Positions 37,801 through 45,895 of a DNA stretch of 64,000 bases are shown piece by piece. The stretch's first letter is position 1; every line of letters begins with the position of its first letter. The notes below the pieces were generated by a model. That model worked only from the letters and a program-made list of their open reading frames with translations, did no database searches and was not told the origin of the DNA. The stretch lies in contig CM097885.1 of the NCBI GenBank assembly GCA_044892525.1, forward strand, positions 37,326,001-37,390,000. The letters run 5' to 3'. Source of the stretch: Schmidtea polychroa (taxonomy: Eukaryota). The translations under genes were made by a program, and so were the position numbers.

Positions 37801-40627
37801 ACAAACAAACGCCACAACAGAATCAGAAGTAAGCGGTAGATTAACTAGATCACAGACAAGACGGATATTCATGTTGAGGGGAGAAACAAGCAGCAGCGCC
37901 CATAAAGGAACCGAAGCAGAAAGCGAAGCTAACGCAATGGCAAGGAGCCAAGCAACATGGAATATGACAGTAAAAATAGCACGTGAAATTGTACCAGAAT
38001 GGGCCGATATAACCAATAAATACCACGTATTGGGCAAACTAATGTTAGTAGCAGAAAGATATGCGAAAGGACGAAGATATGCCGAAGGATTACAAATACC
38101 GACCCAAATATATGAACTAATCCGGAGATTACCAATCATGTTCCTAACAAGTGATTTGAGTAATAACTGGCCAATCCACCATGCAGTGAAAGCAGGACAA
38201 GAAAAACGAGCATTAGAGATTATACGAATAATGGAAAACTGCAAACAATCAACAAACGTCAAAAACAGTAAAGGAAAAACTCCACTGATGAAAGCCACAG
38301 CAATAGGCGCGTCAAGAGAAGTACTCAGAGAATTATTGAGAACGGGATCCACGTTGAAAGAAAAAGATAACAAACAACGAACCATCTTACGTTATGCCGT
38401 CAGGTCAAAAAGACCTAGTATACTAAACTTTATCACGGGAAATGCAACCGCTGAAGAGGCCGAGGTGTTGGGACAGAGCATTGAACCAATTCTGGAAGCC
38501 ATCAGAGGAAACTTAGACAGAACCGCAGCAATGTTAATCAAATGGAAACAAAACGAATTAAAAGCGGAAGTAATTGATATAAATCAATTCCAGAACAACG
38601 AAAATATCGTACTAAGAAGCGCCATATACTCAAGACCACCAATGCCAAAAACTATTAAAGCAATATTACAAAGAAATAGAGCAGAATTGACAGGTAATTG
38701 GTGGAAATGCACAAAAGCACATACGATGAAAAAGCAACTAGAAATACTAGTGTGGGAATGGCACCGGAAACAACGGAAATATCAAGGAACCAAACAAGAA
38801 CGAGAAAGTATCCACAATGACAAGAAAGAGATAATTAAAAAATACGAGGAGATGATCAAAGCGACAAATGTCGAGGACGACATTTTTGGGAAAAACCCGG
38901 GTGAGAGGAAAGACGATGATGATGACGACGAAAAGACAGGGGATAACGACAAAAACCCAGAGGGAAATGACAGAAAACGGAATCCAGAAGGTGGAGAAAC
39001 AACGGACGATGATGAGGAGTTGGAAGGAGACGAAGAGGACCAATGTCGAGGTGAAGATCAAGGATTCGACAAAACAGAAAACAAAAAGCGAAATTCCCCA
39101 CTACACAGCATAGTGTTTCGGAATCAAATCCAGCCAATCCTACTACAAAGAATATTTATAATACTAACATCTATCTGTTTAACGGAAACAAAAAATATGA
39201 GAATCGTAAGAGAAGCTTTCCAAGAAGGCGAAGTATTTATGATAAAAGTCAGCGATTACGACGGAAACGCCGTCGGAATATGTGTGCAATTAATGGAAGG
39301 AACAGGAGTAAGTTGTGATTTCAGATCGATAACAAAAGGAAAGATCTTTAGTAGCCAAAAAAGAGACCCCAGGCTATGCGGAGATTATGACATCTGTAGG
39401 GACATAACAACAGAGGAAATGGAACTAGAAAGAGCCAATGAAACCGGAGTACATTTTCAACTTAACATTCTGGAAGAAGGTATCGAAATAGAGGACAAAG
39501 GGAGTCGATCAATTACACATGTATGCATCAGAGAAGACAGAGATATATGCATAGTAACTGATATGACACAGGATCACAAATTCTTCTGGGGAGAGGTCAA
39601 ACCAAATACCCCTACTGTGGTATGCGCAGGAACACAAGGGATAGTAGTATGTAAAGGAACAAGAACTGCACCAAGAAAAGACAAACCAAGGAGTATGGCA
39701 ATTAAACAAGGTCCATTGACGGAGAAAACAACCAAGAAGCCCAAGAAATCAGTTAGTACAAAAACAACAACAGAGCTAAATCAAACCGAATTAATAACAA
39801 CAACAACATGGATTAACGAAGTAATTAAAGACGAAAGACGGGAAGTGCAGATAACTATTAACCTCAACAAGAAAGGTAAAGAGGTAATTACAGTCAAAAA
39901 CCAAGAAGGAGAACCAATCATAAGGATATGCGTAATGGATAAGACGGGAATAATCGACTGTACAACAACACCGATAGACAAAGGTGCAGACGTTAAAATG
40001 GAGACAGGAAAACGGAAAGAACGATACCAAGTATGTATCCTCAAGAAAGGAAGAGGAACCAGCGTATGTCAACCAATAACTCGACAAAAACCCCAAGTAA
40101 TAACCATACCGTGGATACCTCGAGATCAAGAAGGGGGAGAGAAACGGGAAAATTACAGTCACCTAACAGAAAAAGAGAAGGAACGATTACATCAAGCATT
40201 CAAGAAAATCAAAGCACCAGAAACAAATACCACAGTTAGTGCAACATTAACGACAGAAAAAACAAATAATGGAGCAACGATAATCATAAAGATGATATGG
40301 ATAACTAGCGCGATAGTAAGCACGATAATAGCGTTAGCAATGATTCAGTGGATAAGAACCACCAAAAGATGTAAACAAAAACCGAGAAACCGAAGAAAAT
40401 GGCCCAAAGTGGAAAAATTTGAATACGGTATTCCAACAGAGAATCTGAATCTAGAAGAATACGAGGTGGTAGAGGATCCCGGATCCAGCGGATTGTGGAT
40501 GTCGGAGCTACCAAGAATACCCACGCCCAACGAATGGACACACGAAGTCGATATATACCGACTAACGGACGAAAGATATGGGGGAATGCGCACGCTGCAT
40601 TCCGGCCCCATGGCGACACTGGTATAA
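28775..40627 (+). CDS. pol: 3950-aa polyprotein (frame open from about 28457): Ubl-Ubl-MATH-Ubl-Bcl2-like-Env glycoprotein-PR-RT-RNase H-IN-ankyrin-membrane protein
   Basis: Uninterrupted 11.85-kb ORF. Catalytic motifs: IDTGA (~34406), MPFGL and YIDD (~35627), TDASG/EREALA/TDH (36070-36280), HHCC zinc finger (36716-36843), DVVGP/TDQG/QTERFN and GPY. Confidence 0.95.
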   Translation: MGTSHKNKQLYVDGYKVKMGIHLVDAMIWPNETNILTLEKTRDDESVAEMFQKIQQVFNNEVEPELEKIERKIMKENQIILVKQAIDQARKYINRLRERWPQLMKQFVKDVRDTEIMRFEDKRATELISKYGEYERTKCERETIKIKVKLPNEEKQIIEVNPDCQVDELVQIIDQEIIQKARENSEDGMIEDVIIMYNRHMLERGDRTVIYELGIWEDGAVINIIAMDEPSGGHKNATKTEQQIKRFQWGMRAKMDRIIDIYNHWLKDDKLKLAAFNDKDCKLIPWKKVWIESEARWDWEQQKLEPNWIDNIPEEIAAVWVREKPIDTYQDILPQEFPNELQPGEDEEIREPVRLAPFTWKIENWMEKIKSAKEEKITRLVSPPFYSGLGEYKMKLRIYPNGDGVGKGSYVSAFFIICKGNYDDEVPWPFSRKVTIGIEPLKDSLNIHKETMKPDPRSTCYQRPTTSENIASGTSKLIRLHYIENEQSIFVKDNAIQIRVEVETEQEMNQRLNIPENQPRICMMRRRVPDSGYLPIDADADEEEAATLLEAQKCKELMEILQNGAKNRRRAVVELAKWIAESCKRIQNLRKIVKAIEEYRRVYVWYLEQFGEIIRKWKQQEWAENLPEKYQLKIFLPDFEPMEKEFYTTAKVREVKKRIPYELPFHLQHEGRSLDDDIEIGVTPLQGEIVNRLTVSKIAGRELRRREIKQKSSTQQPGSLDTPEVPNAVSEVTIETTGEDEILDELQEIVEAGEIMRASQSGDLFIDEGEPTTDDLDGFVCAQRQPVETTEAETDLDNVGGSANKDVTTTDEWSNWRVDPGATTSKDTTYNPPKRKETGTAMDRRTRGRPKTDKAEVEPKSKIQAQMEQVKTKMDKLSALVKQVKVKTNVREQGTRWINDLLANMLALANPDVKRVMRKNNIPTEAKQLWAVLKPIIMKIMDNKIRLTLKDPVELRLIVEHLLSRSEDQNRYLVGLAYLVYNVIGQYKKRMPKYNATGYEFTVTEIIKRSIEPYILEQGGWRNFIESTGKKDQTEMMQAKLRDLLTELEGTINMNDPRASRKGMNAIITTILIWMMCIKGTESFAVYDCDNIKIHEKYSLKDTEDCKAANPRKLQTVMASVSYNVYQEADFIKTMVQECTVTRKIFAHHCGSSSHSTIIEPGLESTVILLSRGECEEGFRSGGIHLRQGIEIAAEPGEIKTTRVYTAGRITKGDGTCETGTYTLNGQLVSGVVVIESYEAKLERYQGYFDPDTQAMKKYPSCLASDRSCSTGMSTLVYHADQKVCRLMLLKTAIFEEIQGKVYSEPKGEAEKRAMEELRARKGFREDVITSKLESEVTPTAIISKDDGIGMRFIKNKMVSKCDEMVISTNYKGIYLSRRTLANAVGRLSEKDVKLYLYANNKMDFLYHRGLTSTEKVYHDLLRNDCLLNKEILRTKLAMAITNPDNAIPLLPLQEGYFGRIVGEVMYTYQCKKIMARLPENPTIPRDKCANELEIIHEGKPRFVQAVTRVMNPVGFQPNLFNCSNAYGPMYEKEDGQWVQFPSKTIVVTPKKFGLTELTTELEFKPIDVSQSGLYIPKDLESARAHLLFPAQRQAILSNIVTISGGNNYGESPNYELLLSPSHYQQATANMMKAMWGRFLVFGQMMAGILGIILIIQIVRVILTQMLACFDIYKRERKVNWKLAIGFLPFLAKTMVLHGHSKDIHRIKRLLKILTQMKGTDEEVGRKFKVIMRLEAERTQEKAKRTGKWKKWMNDDFDDDDNNQGGVMLINKNTATWENEKMKPWGSPYLQAPTNGPMRRPGTMRERIRMGTGRLPVPNIYPMAYEPIWAALDPTMIKPVKNVGQEVETRTIAVLQTPAGPSLTITVEVNGIEMDAMIDTGANISAINMNMLPGRLWPCIEETTMDVITCSKQSIAVVGRVWSTIEYKGVKVTTYLAVIRQLSVSCIIGTDVMPELLKEIVIDLSSMKLKDKTGQICTMKTEVRCSEKMIIPARTQTICYVKVDNEAKGDMIFEPSQKFEKRRELPLAREIVSINEDNEIPINITNFDEEDKVIYENERLGKLTPMMNIELPEMKSEGADEKELWTIDSELLNEDEKGQLRQLLIEFKDIFAASDLDLGTSDVTQHIIPLTDETPITLRPYRLAEAQKTVAEEEVQKMLDAGVIEPSCSPWQFPVVMVKKKDGTQRFCIDYRRLNAVTKRDTYPLPDINEMLQMLHGAAYFTSLDLKSGYWQIKVKEEDREKTAFTIGKDLYQFKKMPFGLTNAPASFQRCMNFVTHGIKQCMVYIDDLLIYSGTFEQHLIDIRNVFIRLKQWKLKLKPSKCDWAKERVTFLGHIVSAKGKEPDPRNVEKIKNCPIPKTVTQVQEFLGLCGYYRKFIKNYATIAKPIQELTKKDTPFLWEREQQIAFESLRNKLIASPILIHPDFKKPFLLATDASGYASGAVLGQWDEEKRERVIGYYSKTFKKHEKNYSVTEREALAIIQAIKHFKYLLWGHEIIITTDHQPLVWLGQHKEASSRLMRWAMQLQEYSPYIKFKSGKANANADCMSRFVFEELMDHDVRRICMIIAEDIDFTNLKNEQKEDSELKLIIEFLDKNDMKIFNGYERLKEHMEKNRHRYTIEKGWLLIMDGDKRLMCLPESRRKEIMIQYHDGKLGGHMSAKKTEARLKQKYYWPNMSDDVKEWIKNCLICATRKTTGSKLKPPLKPMPIPPEPMTMIAMDVVGPLPETNSGNVYILVITDYLTKFPEAFAMPDQKARTVARILVEEICCRYGTPKQILTDQGTNFMSEIINEVTNYFRIAKLRTSPYHPQTNGQTERFNGILIDMMSNYVSKHQKDWDEYIKLCLMAYRMSIHSATKMSPFKLMYGRECNVPMDLEYQPPISQYMEIDDYVTKFKERMQEIWKTAGMNIRFNQESYKELHDKKKNVQNHQFKVGDWVIIETPELIPGTAKKLQRNGRGPYEIIYVNENNARVKLVNNPLIRPIYVNTCRCKAVAKTATKDPETRKIVTRSQTNATTESEVSGRLTRSQTRRIFMLRGETSSSAHKGTEAESEANAMARSQATWNMTVKIAREIVPEWADITNKYHVLGKLMLVAERYAKGRRYAEGLQIPTQIYELIRRLPIMFLTSDLSNNWPIHHAVKAGQEKRALEIIRIMENCKQSTNVKNSKGKTPLMKATAIGASREVLRELLRTGSTLKEKDNKQRTILRYAVRSKRPSILNFITGNATAEEAEVLGQSIEPILEAIRGNLDRTAAMLIKWKQNELKAEVIDINQFQNNENIVLRSAIYSRPPMPKTIKAILQRNRAELTGNWWKCTKAHTMKKQLEILVWEWHRKQRKYQGTKQERESIHNDKKEIIKKYEEMIKATNVEDDIFGKNPGERKDDDDDDEKTGDNDKNPEGNDRKRNPEGGETTDDDEELEGDEEDQCRGEDQGFDKTENKKRNSPLHSIVFRNQIQPILLQRIFIILTSICLTETKNMRIVREAFQEGEVFMIKVSDYDGNAVGICVQLMEGTGVSCDFRSITKGKIFSSQKRDPRLCGDYDICRDITTEEMELERANETGVHFQLNILEEGIEIEDKGSRSITHVCIREDRDICIVTDMTQDHKFFWGEVKPNTPTVVCAGTQGIVVCKGTRTAPRKDKPRSMAIKQGPLTEKTTKKPKKSVSTKTTTELNQTELITTTTWINEVIKDERREVQITINLNKKGKEVITVKNQEGEPIIRICVMDKTGIIDCTTTPIDKGADVKMETGKRKERYQVCILKKGRGTSVCQPITRQKPQVITIPWIPRDQEGGEKRENYSHLTEKEKERLHQAFKKIKAPETNTTVSATLTTEKTNNGATIIIKMIWITSAIVSTIIALAMIQWIRTTKRCKQKPRNRRKWPKVEKFEYGIPTENLNLEEYEVVEDPGSSGLWMSELPRIPTPNEWTHEVDIYRLTDERYGGMRTLHSGPMATLV
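29198..29455 (+). other. Ubiquitin-like domain 2
   Basis: IKIKVKLPNEEKQIIEVNPDCQVDELVQII...IIMYNRHMLE...IYELGIWEDGAVINII. Confidence 0.65.
29840..30282 (+). other. MATH/TRAF-C domain within the polyprotein
   Basis: FTWKIENW...SPPFYS...YKMKLRIYPNGDGVGKGSYVSAFFIICKGNYDDEVPWPF...FVKDNAIQIRVEV. Confidence 0.93.
30658..30860 (+). other. Degenerate ubiquitin-like domain 3
   Basis: YQLKIFLPD...AKVREVKKRI...LQHEGRSLDDDIEIG. Confidence 0.45.
31450..31860 (+). other. Bcl-2-like domain within the polyprotein
   Basis: Helical-looking region ending in BH2-like IEPYILEQGGWRNF, with a degenerate BH1-like LLSRSEDQNRYLVGLAYL at plausible spacing. Confidence 0.6.
31963..33900 (+). other. env: Envelope glycoprotein resembling chuvirus/mononegavirus-associated G proteins, in frame upstream of the protease
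   Basis: Signal-like MNAIITTILIWMMCIKGTES, then AVYDC...YSLKDTEDC...VQECTV...HCGSSSHS...SRGEC...GTCETG, a Cys-rich ectodomain, and TM FGQMMAGILGIILIIQIVRVIL at about 33700-33765. Confidence 0.75.
38160..38560 (+). other. Ankyrin repeats (about 3-4) after the integrase
   Basis: NNWPIHHAVKAG, KGKTPLMKATAIG and KQRTILRYAVRS at about 33-38 aa spacing. Confidence 0.85.
39145..40627 (+). other. Second predicted type I membrane protein at the polyprotein C-terminus
   Basis: Hydrophobic leader RIFIILTSICL, repeated Cys-containing beta-rich motifs, Thr-rich stalks, TM IIIKMIWITSAIVSTIIALAMIQWI (~40280-40354), basic stop-transfer segment and Tyr-containing tail. Confidence 0.6.
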
Positions 40628-40776
40628 CGAGAGGAGGAGTTGTTGTAAATAATGTATAAATGAAATGATAAAAGTAGTGATAATAGTAGTAGTATGTACA
40701 AAATAAAAATAGAAAAATTAAAACAATATGTAGAAAAATCAAAAACAAGTATGATGACCATGTATTATAAATAGGA

Positions 40777-41232
40777 ATGAACCAGAGAAATGAAGAGCAG
40801 GAACACCCAAATGGGATACCACATGTTGTTGAAGTAAGAGAACAGCCGCTTATGAATGTACATCCAGTAGACATGATGGAAATGAACGTGCCAAACCAGC
40901 CGAGTCAGCCAACAGGATCCATGTGGAGGGCACAGTGTGAATTAATGACCCAATTGACAAATCAGACTCAAGAGCACTGGGTACGAAACCAAACGGCGTT
41001 GATAGAGAGTATTAATAGAAATGCAATATACATTACAAAAATAGAGGAACAACACCAAATAATCGCGCAACTAGAATATAATAACAATCAGTTAATAAGC
41101 CAAATCAGATGGCAAGCGGAAGAAATTAGAAGGTTGCATGAAAATCGACAACATGATGATATTGCCAGTTTAGTCGAGTGGATGACCGGACTGCCAGGAA
41201 CTGGGGAACCGGACTCGACGGTAGATGTATAG
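40777..41232 (+). CDS. Cargo ORF 1, unknown coiled-coil protein
   Basis: 151 aa, heptad-like central region, same composition as the element. Confidence 0.7.
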   Translation: MNQRNEEQEHPNGIPHVVEVREQPLMNVHPVDMMEMNVPNQPSQPTGSMWRAQCELMTQLTNQTQEHWVRNQTALIESINRNAIYITKIEEQHQIIAQLEYNNNQLISQIRWQAEEIRRLHENRQHDDIASLVEWMTGLPGTGEPDSTVDV

Positions 41233-41321
41233 GAGAGAAAGGAGTGAAATGTAAATAATCCTGTAAATAAATAGAGTTATAACCAAGTAGAAATCCCAAG
41301 ATTAAAAGTCATCATTGTAGA

Positions 41322-42746
41322 ATGCAAAACAAAGCGGAAGAGAACCGGAGAGAAGCAGAGGAACAAAAGATTAACTATGAATTGATGAGAAAATATCAAG
41401 CCAAGCCGGACGAGTTCGAAGAGAGACTATTATGTGCCGATGCAGCATGTAGAAGACTACTGATTGGAGCAAGTCAAACTCGATGCGGGTGTAGATTATG
41501 CCGAGGGTGTGATATAAGATTAGCCAAGCTAAAGCGAGAAACTTGTCCAGGATGTGGAGAAGCATTTAAGTTGGTTCCCACTGGCACGATACCGGATAGA
41601 GCAATGAACCGAGAAATCAGAGAAGTGAAAATAAGATGCACCCAAAGGTCATGCGAATGGACAGGTCGAGTAAAGGAGTTAAGAGCCCATACAGACGTAT
41701 GCGAATATCTAGAATTGGAATGCGAAGCATGTACGGTAAAGTTTTTACGAAAAGAGAAAACCAAACATAAAGGGGAATGCGAAGCGCGAACGGAAAAATG
41801 CGAATTTTGCGGAGAAACTGCTAATTGGAGAGAAATCGAAATGGAACATCGAAACGCAGTAGAAAGACGGATTTGCGACGAATATACAGGGAGATGCCCA
41901 AACGAGTGTGGAGAAATTAACAACGTCAGATTAAATGAACATTGGGAGATATGCACGAGAAAGACGATAAAATGCCCAATGGTAACATTCGATTGTAGAG
42001 TACAATTACCAGCAGAAGAAATGAAGAAGCATGTGGAGGAGAATACATTCGAGCACATGCAAAAGATGATGAGAGCAATAGAGTTAACAGCAAGGGCAAT
42101 CGAAGATGTTAAAGACGAACTCAAATCACATAAAATCATGATAAAAGAAATGCTGAGCTCACAGGAAAGCTTCGAAAATACCAAAGAAGCCGTAACACAA
42201 AGGATGTTGAAATTAGACGACAAATTAGTCGAAGTAACTAAACTACAAACCAAATGGACTGCAAAGGAACTGACAACAGAGGAACTACCAATATTGCCAT
42301 ATATGTGGAAAATCCAAGGAATAACAGAAATAACGGAGCGAGCAAAGCAAGGAATCCAGACAACGATAGTGAGCAAACCATTCTACGCCAAGAAACATGG
42401 ATACAAGATGAAATTGAGATGGTTTCCAAATGGTGAGGGAAAGTTTAAAGATCGGTGCATGGCCATATATATGCAAATCTGTAAAGGAGATTTTGACGAC
42501 CTAATAGCATGGCCATTCCGACATAGATTAAAAATATCTCTCTTGGGATCAAAAAAGACACATATAATGTGCTGTCGAGCATCAAGTCCAGCATGGAATA
42601 AACCGATTACAGAGGTTAATCCTGCGGTAGGAGTAGCAGAGTTTATGCAGCTATACCAGTTTAATGACGGGTCCTACATAGAAAAGGACACTATATTCTT
42701 CCTAATCGAACTAGACGAGGAAGGACCAACAATAGAAATACGATAG
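41322..42746 (+). CDS. Cargo ORF 2, full-length TRAF-like protein (RING, zinc fingers, coiled coil, MATH)
   Basis: CADAAC..QTRCGCRLCRGC..CPGC RING; PDRAMNREI..C...CEWTG...H..VC and CPNECG..HWEIC..CPM zinc fingers; YMWKI..SKPFY..GYKMKLRWFPNG..KGDFDDLIAWPF MATH. Confidence 0.93.
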   Translation: MQNKAEENRREAEEQKINYELMRKYQAKPDEFEERLLCADAACRRLLIGASQTRCGCRLCRGCDIRLAKLKRETCPGCGEAFKLVPTGTIPDRAMNREIREVKIRCTQRSCEWTGRVKELRAHTDVCEYLELECEACTVKFLRKEKTKHKGECEARTEKCEFCGETANWREIEMEHRNAVERRICDEYTGRCPNECGEINNVRLNEHWEICTRKTIKCPMVTFDCRVQLPAEEMKKHVEENTFEHMQKMMRAIELTARAIEDVKDELKSHKIMIKEMLSSQESFENTKEAVTQRMLKLDDKLVEVTKLQTKWTAKELTTEELPILPYMWKIQGITEITERAKQGIQTTIVSKPFYAKKHGYKMKLRWFPNGEGKFKDRCMAIYMQICKGDFDDLIAWPFRHRLKISLLGSKKTHIMCCRASSPAWNKPITEVNPAVGVAEFMQLYQFNDGSYIEKDTIFFLIELDEEGPTIEIR

Positions 42747-42886
42747 ACGGATAGAAGGGAACTGTAAATATTTTGTAAAAACGATGTAAAGTAAATATAA
42801 AGTTATTGTATACAGTAAAGTAACTTACCAAAACCATAAAAATTAGAAAAAGAAAATGCAAAAAGAAATGATGAAATTTATTATAG

Positions 42887-44063
42887 ATGATTAATCAAGA
42901 GAGACCGAATATCCGAAAGAAAACGATCACAATGAGAGAGGAAGAGGACAATACGTCACCTAGAGAAAGAGTGAAGGATGCGGAAGTCAGCAAAACAAAA
43001 CCAAGTAGTTACGCGTATTATCGAAGAATGGGAAATGATTATAATTTGGTACATGAAAATTTGAAACTGGGAGATAATGAGCAATTCAGATGTGAGAACC
43101 AGAGATATCTGTCATTTGAACATCAGACCATTTTCACCAAGGAACAGAGCCGAGCGCTAGCACGCGACGGATTTTTCTTCTCCGGAAAACCAGAGATACC
43201 CGATCAAGTAACGTGTCGTTTCTGTATAGGGAAATTAGCAGAATGGAAAAAAGGAGAACACCCAAAGGAGGAACATCGTAAACGATTTCCAACTTGTCTA
43301 TTCGTACTGGGATTTGATGTACACAACAAACCGGAAATAAAATACGAAGCCTTGGAGAGATTAAAAACTGAAGACGAAAAAGGAGGGCAAATGACAATCG
43401 CGATAACCAGAATCGTTGATGAATATGTCCCAACTTGTGAAGGTGAATTCCTCACACAAATAGCAGATAACAAAATGAAAACGTTCGGAGATGATACGAG
43501 GGGACCTGAACTAGCAATAAGAGGATTCTACCTGACAGAAAAGCAAATACTCAAGTGTGAAAGGTGCGAAAGCCAACAGAGATTACCGGAAGAAGGCATA
43601 CCAGAAATTAGACATCAAGTATGGTGCCTATATCGCAGCGAACAAGAAACCGAATATCCAGAAGTACTGGTAACAGAAGAAGAGGTTGACGAAGTTGTAG
43701 ACAAGCCCAATATGCGCAGAGCGTTGAAAGCAGCCGGAATAGGCACGACAAGGGTAAAGAAAATGATTAGAGAGAGACTACAGAAAAACGTACATATACC
43801 AACAACAACGTACGATATGATCAGAGCGATAACTCAGTATAGGGAAAAACCAGAAACAAAAATAAAAGAAGAATCAATGGTCAAAACAGCTATCTTACGA
43901 GATATCAAATGTACTATGTGGGGAGAGGAGTGTAGAAGTTATTCATATGCCATGCGGACATTTGATCGCATGCGCCACGTGTAGTAGAAAAGTAAAGGAA
44001 TGTCCGATGTGCAGACAGAGGATTACGCAGCGAATCAAAGGATTTCGCTACGCCGATCAATAA
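42887..44063 (+). CDS. Cargo ORF 3, inhibitor-of-apoptosis (IAP)-like protein: BIR, degenerate BIR, RING; 2-nt frameshift near 43918
   Basis: LARDGFFF...DQVTCRFC...WKKGEHPKEEHRKRFPTCLFV is a canonical BIR. Re-inserting TG into atgtgggg gives KCTMCGERSVEVIHMPCGHLIACATCSRKVKECPMCRQRITQRIKGF...*, with the stop at 44061-44063. Confidence 0.9.
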
Positions 44064-44145
44064 CAAAATTAAAATTCCGTGTATAAAGTGTAGATAAAAA
44101 ATGTATGAAAATAATAGTGGTAGTAATAGTGTAATTATTTAGACC

Positions 44146-45744
44146 ATGAATAAAGAATCACAAACCTATGTGGAAACCGAGATGCAACAACTCGAACAGT
44201 ACAAATCCATCATACAAACATACGAAGCAGAAAGAGTAAAGAGAGAAATAGAAATGTACAAAACCATGTATGAGAAAAAGCAACAAGAATTAGAAGTGGA
44301 GAAGGCGGAAGCACTAGCAACAAAAGAGAAGTGGATGAAACAGGTAGAGGAATTAACCGAGGATGTGAGAAATACCTCAACATACCAAGAATTGGAGGAA
44401 GAGCTCTCGAATTTACGAACTCAGCGGATTATGGAGATAGTTGGGTTATGCGGAGAGATAATAATGCAGAAGGCACAAATTAGAGAAGCAAAGGAGCAAT
44501 ACGAGGAGGAACAGCGTAAAACGGAACGAATAAAACTACAAGCGCAACAATGGAAACGAAAATACGAAACCCTCCAAACAAGGCAGAATGATAGTCACGA
44601 ACATCAAATACGAAATTACAAGGCCGAACTAGAAGAAGTAAAGGGCAAATGCGCAATGATGAAAGAAAAATGGGAAAGATGCAAAAAGACCCTAAACGAA
44701 GTCAGAGGGCAAGGGAGGAGAACACCGCATAGAGAACCAATTGTTAAAGATAACGTATTAGAGCGAATTAACACACAAATAAAGATACAAGCTCAGAAAT
44801 GGAAGTATAAATACCTAGGAAGTCAAACTCAAGTGCTCTATTGGAAAATCAGTAGCAAGGAACAACTGCGATTACGAAAAGCAGACCAAGAATTTTACGA
44901 AACAAGAGCTGCACAGCGAGAAGAAGAGGAAGTAGAGTGGAGAAAACGACAGCAGAAATTCGAAGAAACCGAAAAGTGTCTCAAGCACCAAGCCCGAAAA
45001 TGGAAAGAGAATTGGAAAGAAACCAAAGAGGAATTAAGACAGTTGCCTATGAAACTGATGGAAAGAGACGAATTTAAAATGTGGGAAATGATAGAAAACC
45101 AAAAGGAGGAGATTAGCCGATTGAGTAGAGAACATAGAATTAAAACGCGGACCAGCGACGGTAGACAGAGAATCATAAAGAAACAGACTCGAGAGATAAG
45201 AAGGTATGAATATCAGGAAAAGAGATGGGAACAACAATTAACAGACCAAGATAGACAGATCCGGCAATTACAAACCGAGGTAGAGGAAGCCAATCAAGAG
45301 ATGAACGGATATAAAGGTATGTACACCCAAAGGGATGTGAATTGGAAGCACCAGATTGAGCTTAATGCGAAATATAGAGAGGAGTGCGACAAGGCAATTC
45401 AACAAACCAAACAGGAAACCGAGATAATAAAACGATGCTTCGAAGAAAATGAAGCAAATTTGAGAGCGGAAATTGAGAAACTAAAAACGCTCGAAAGAAC
45501 CCAACGATTGGAAGAGGAATTAAACGAAATGATAGAAAACGAAGGTAGATTAACGTTTTTATTGGATGAGGAAATAAACATCTCAACGGAACTACGAGAG
45601 GAAATAGATCGGTTAAGGAGACAACCACCAATATTATTAATGCCACTCTACCCGTTCCCGTTGCAAGTGCCACAGCCTGCCGAAGTCACCACAGATGAAG
45701 GCTTCGATGAAATTAACGAACAAAATAACGCAACATGGATTTAG
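44146..45744 (+). CDS. Cargo ORF 4, long coiled-coil protein
   Basis: 532 aa, E/K/Q/R-rich, with recurring QAQQWK/QAQKWK/QARKWK motifs. Confidence 0.8.
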   Translation: MNKESQTYVETEMQQLEQYKSIIQTYEAERVKREIEMYKTMYEKKQQELEVEKAEALATKEKWMKQVEELTEDVRNTSTYQELEEELSNLRTQRIMEIVGLCGEIIMQKAQIREAKEQYEEEQRKTERIKLQAQQWKRKYETLQTRQNDSHEHQIRNYKAELEEVKGKCAMMKEKWERCKKTLNEVRGQGRRTPHREPIVKDNVLERINTQIKIQAQKWKYKYLGSQTQVLYWKISSKEQLRLRKADQEFYETRAAQREEEEVEWRKRQQKFEETEKCLKHQARKWKENWKETKEELRQLPMKLMERDEFKMWEMIENQKEEISRLSREHRIKTRTSDGRQRIIKKQTREIRRYEYQEKRWEQQLTDQDRQIRQLQTEVEEANQEMNGYKGMYTQRDVNWKHQIELNAKYREECDKAIQQTKQETEIIKRCFEENEANLRAEIEKLKTLERTQRLEEELNEMIENEGRLTFLLDEEINISTELREEIDRLRRQPPILLMPLYPFPLQVPQPAEVTTDEGFDEINEQNNATWI

Positions 45745-45895
45745 TCGAAGAGAGAGGTTGCCTGTAAATAAGAATGATTTCAAAAAAAAAAAAAAAAAAA
45801 AAACCATAAAACCAAAACCAAATAAAAATTACAAAACCAAAAAATTCAAAATAAAAAGAAGACGAAAGGAAATATGATGTGTATATTTTGTAGAT

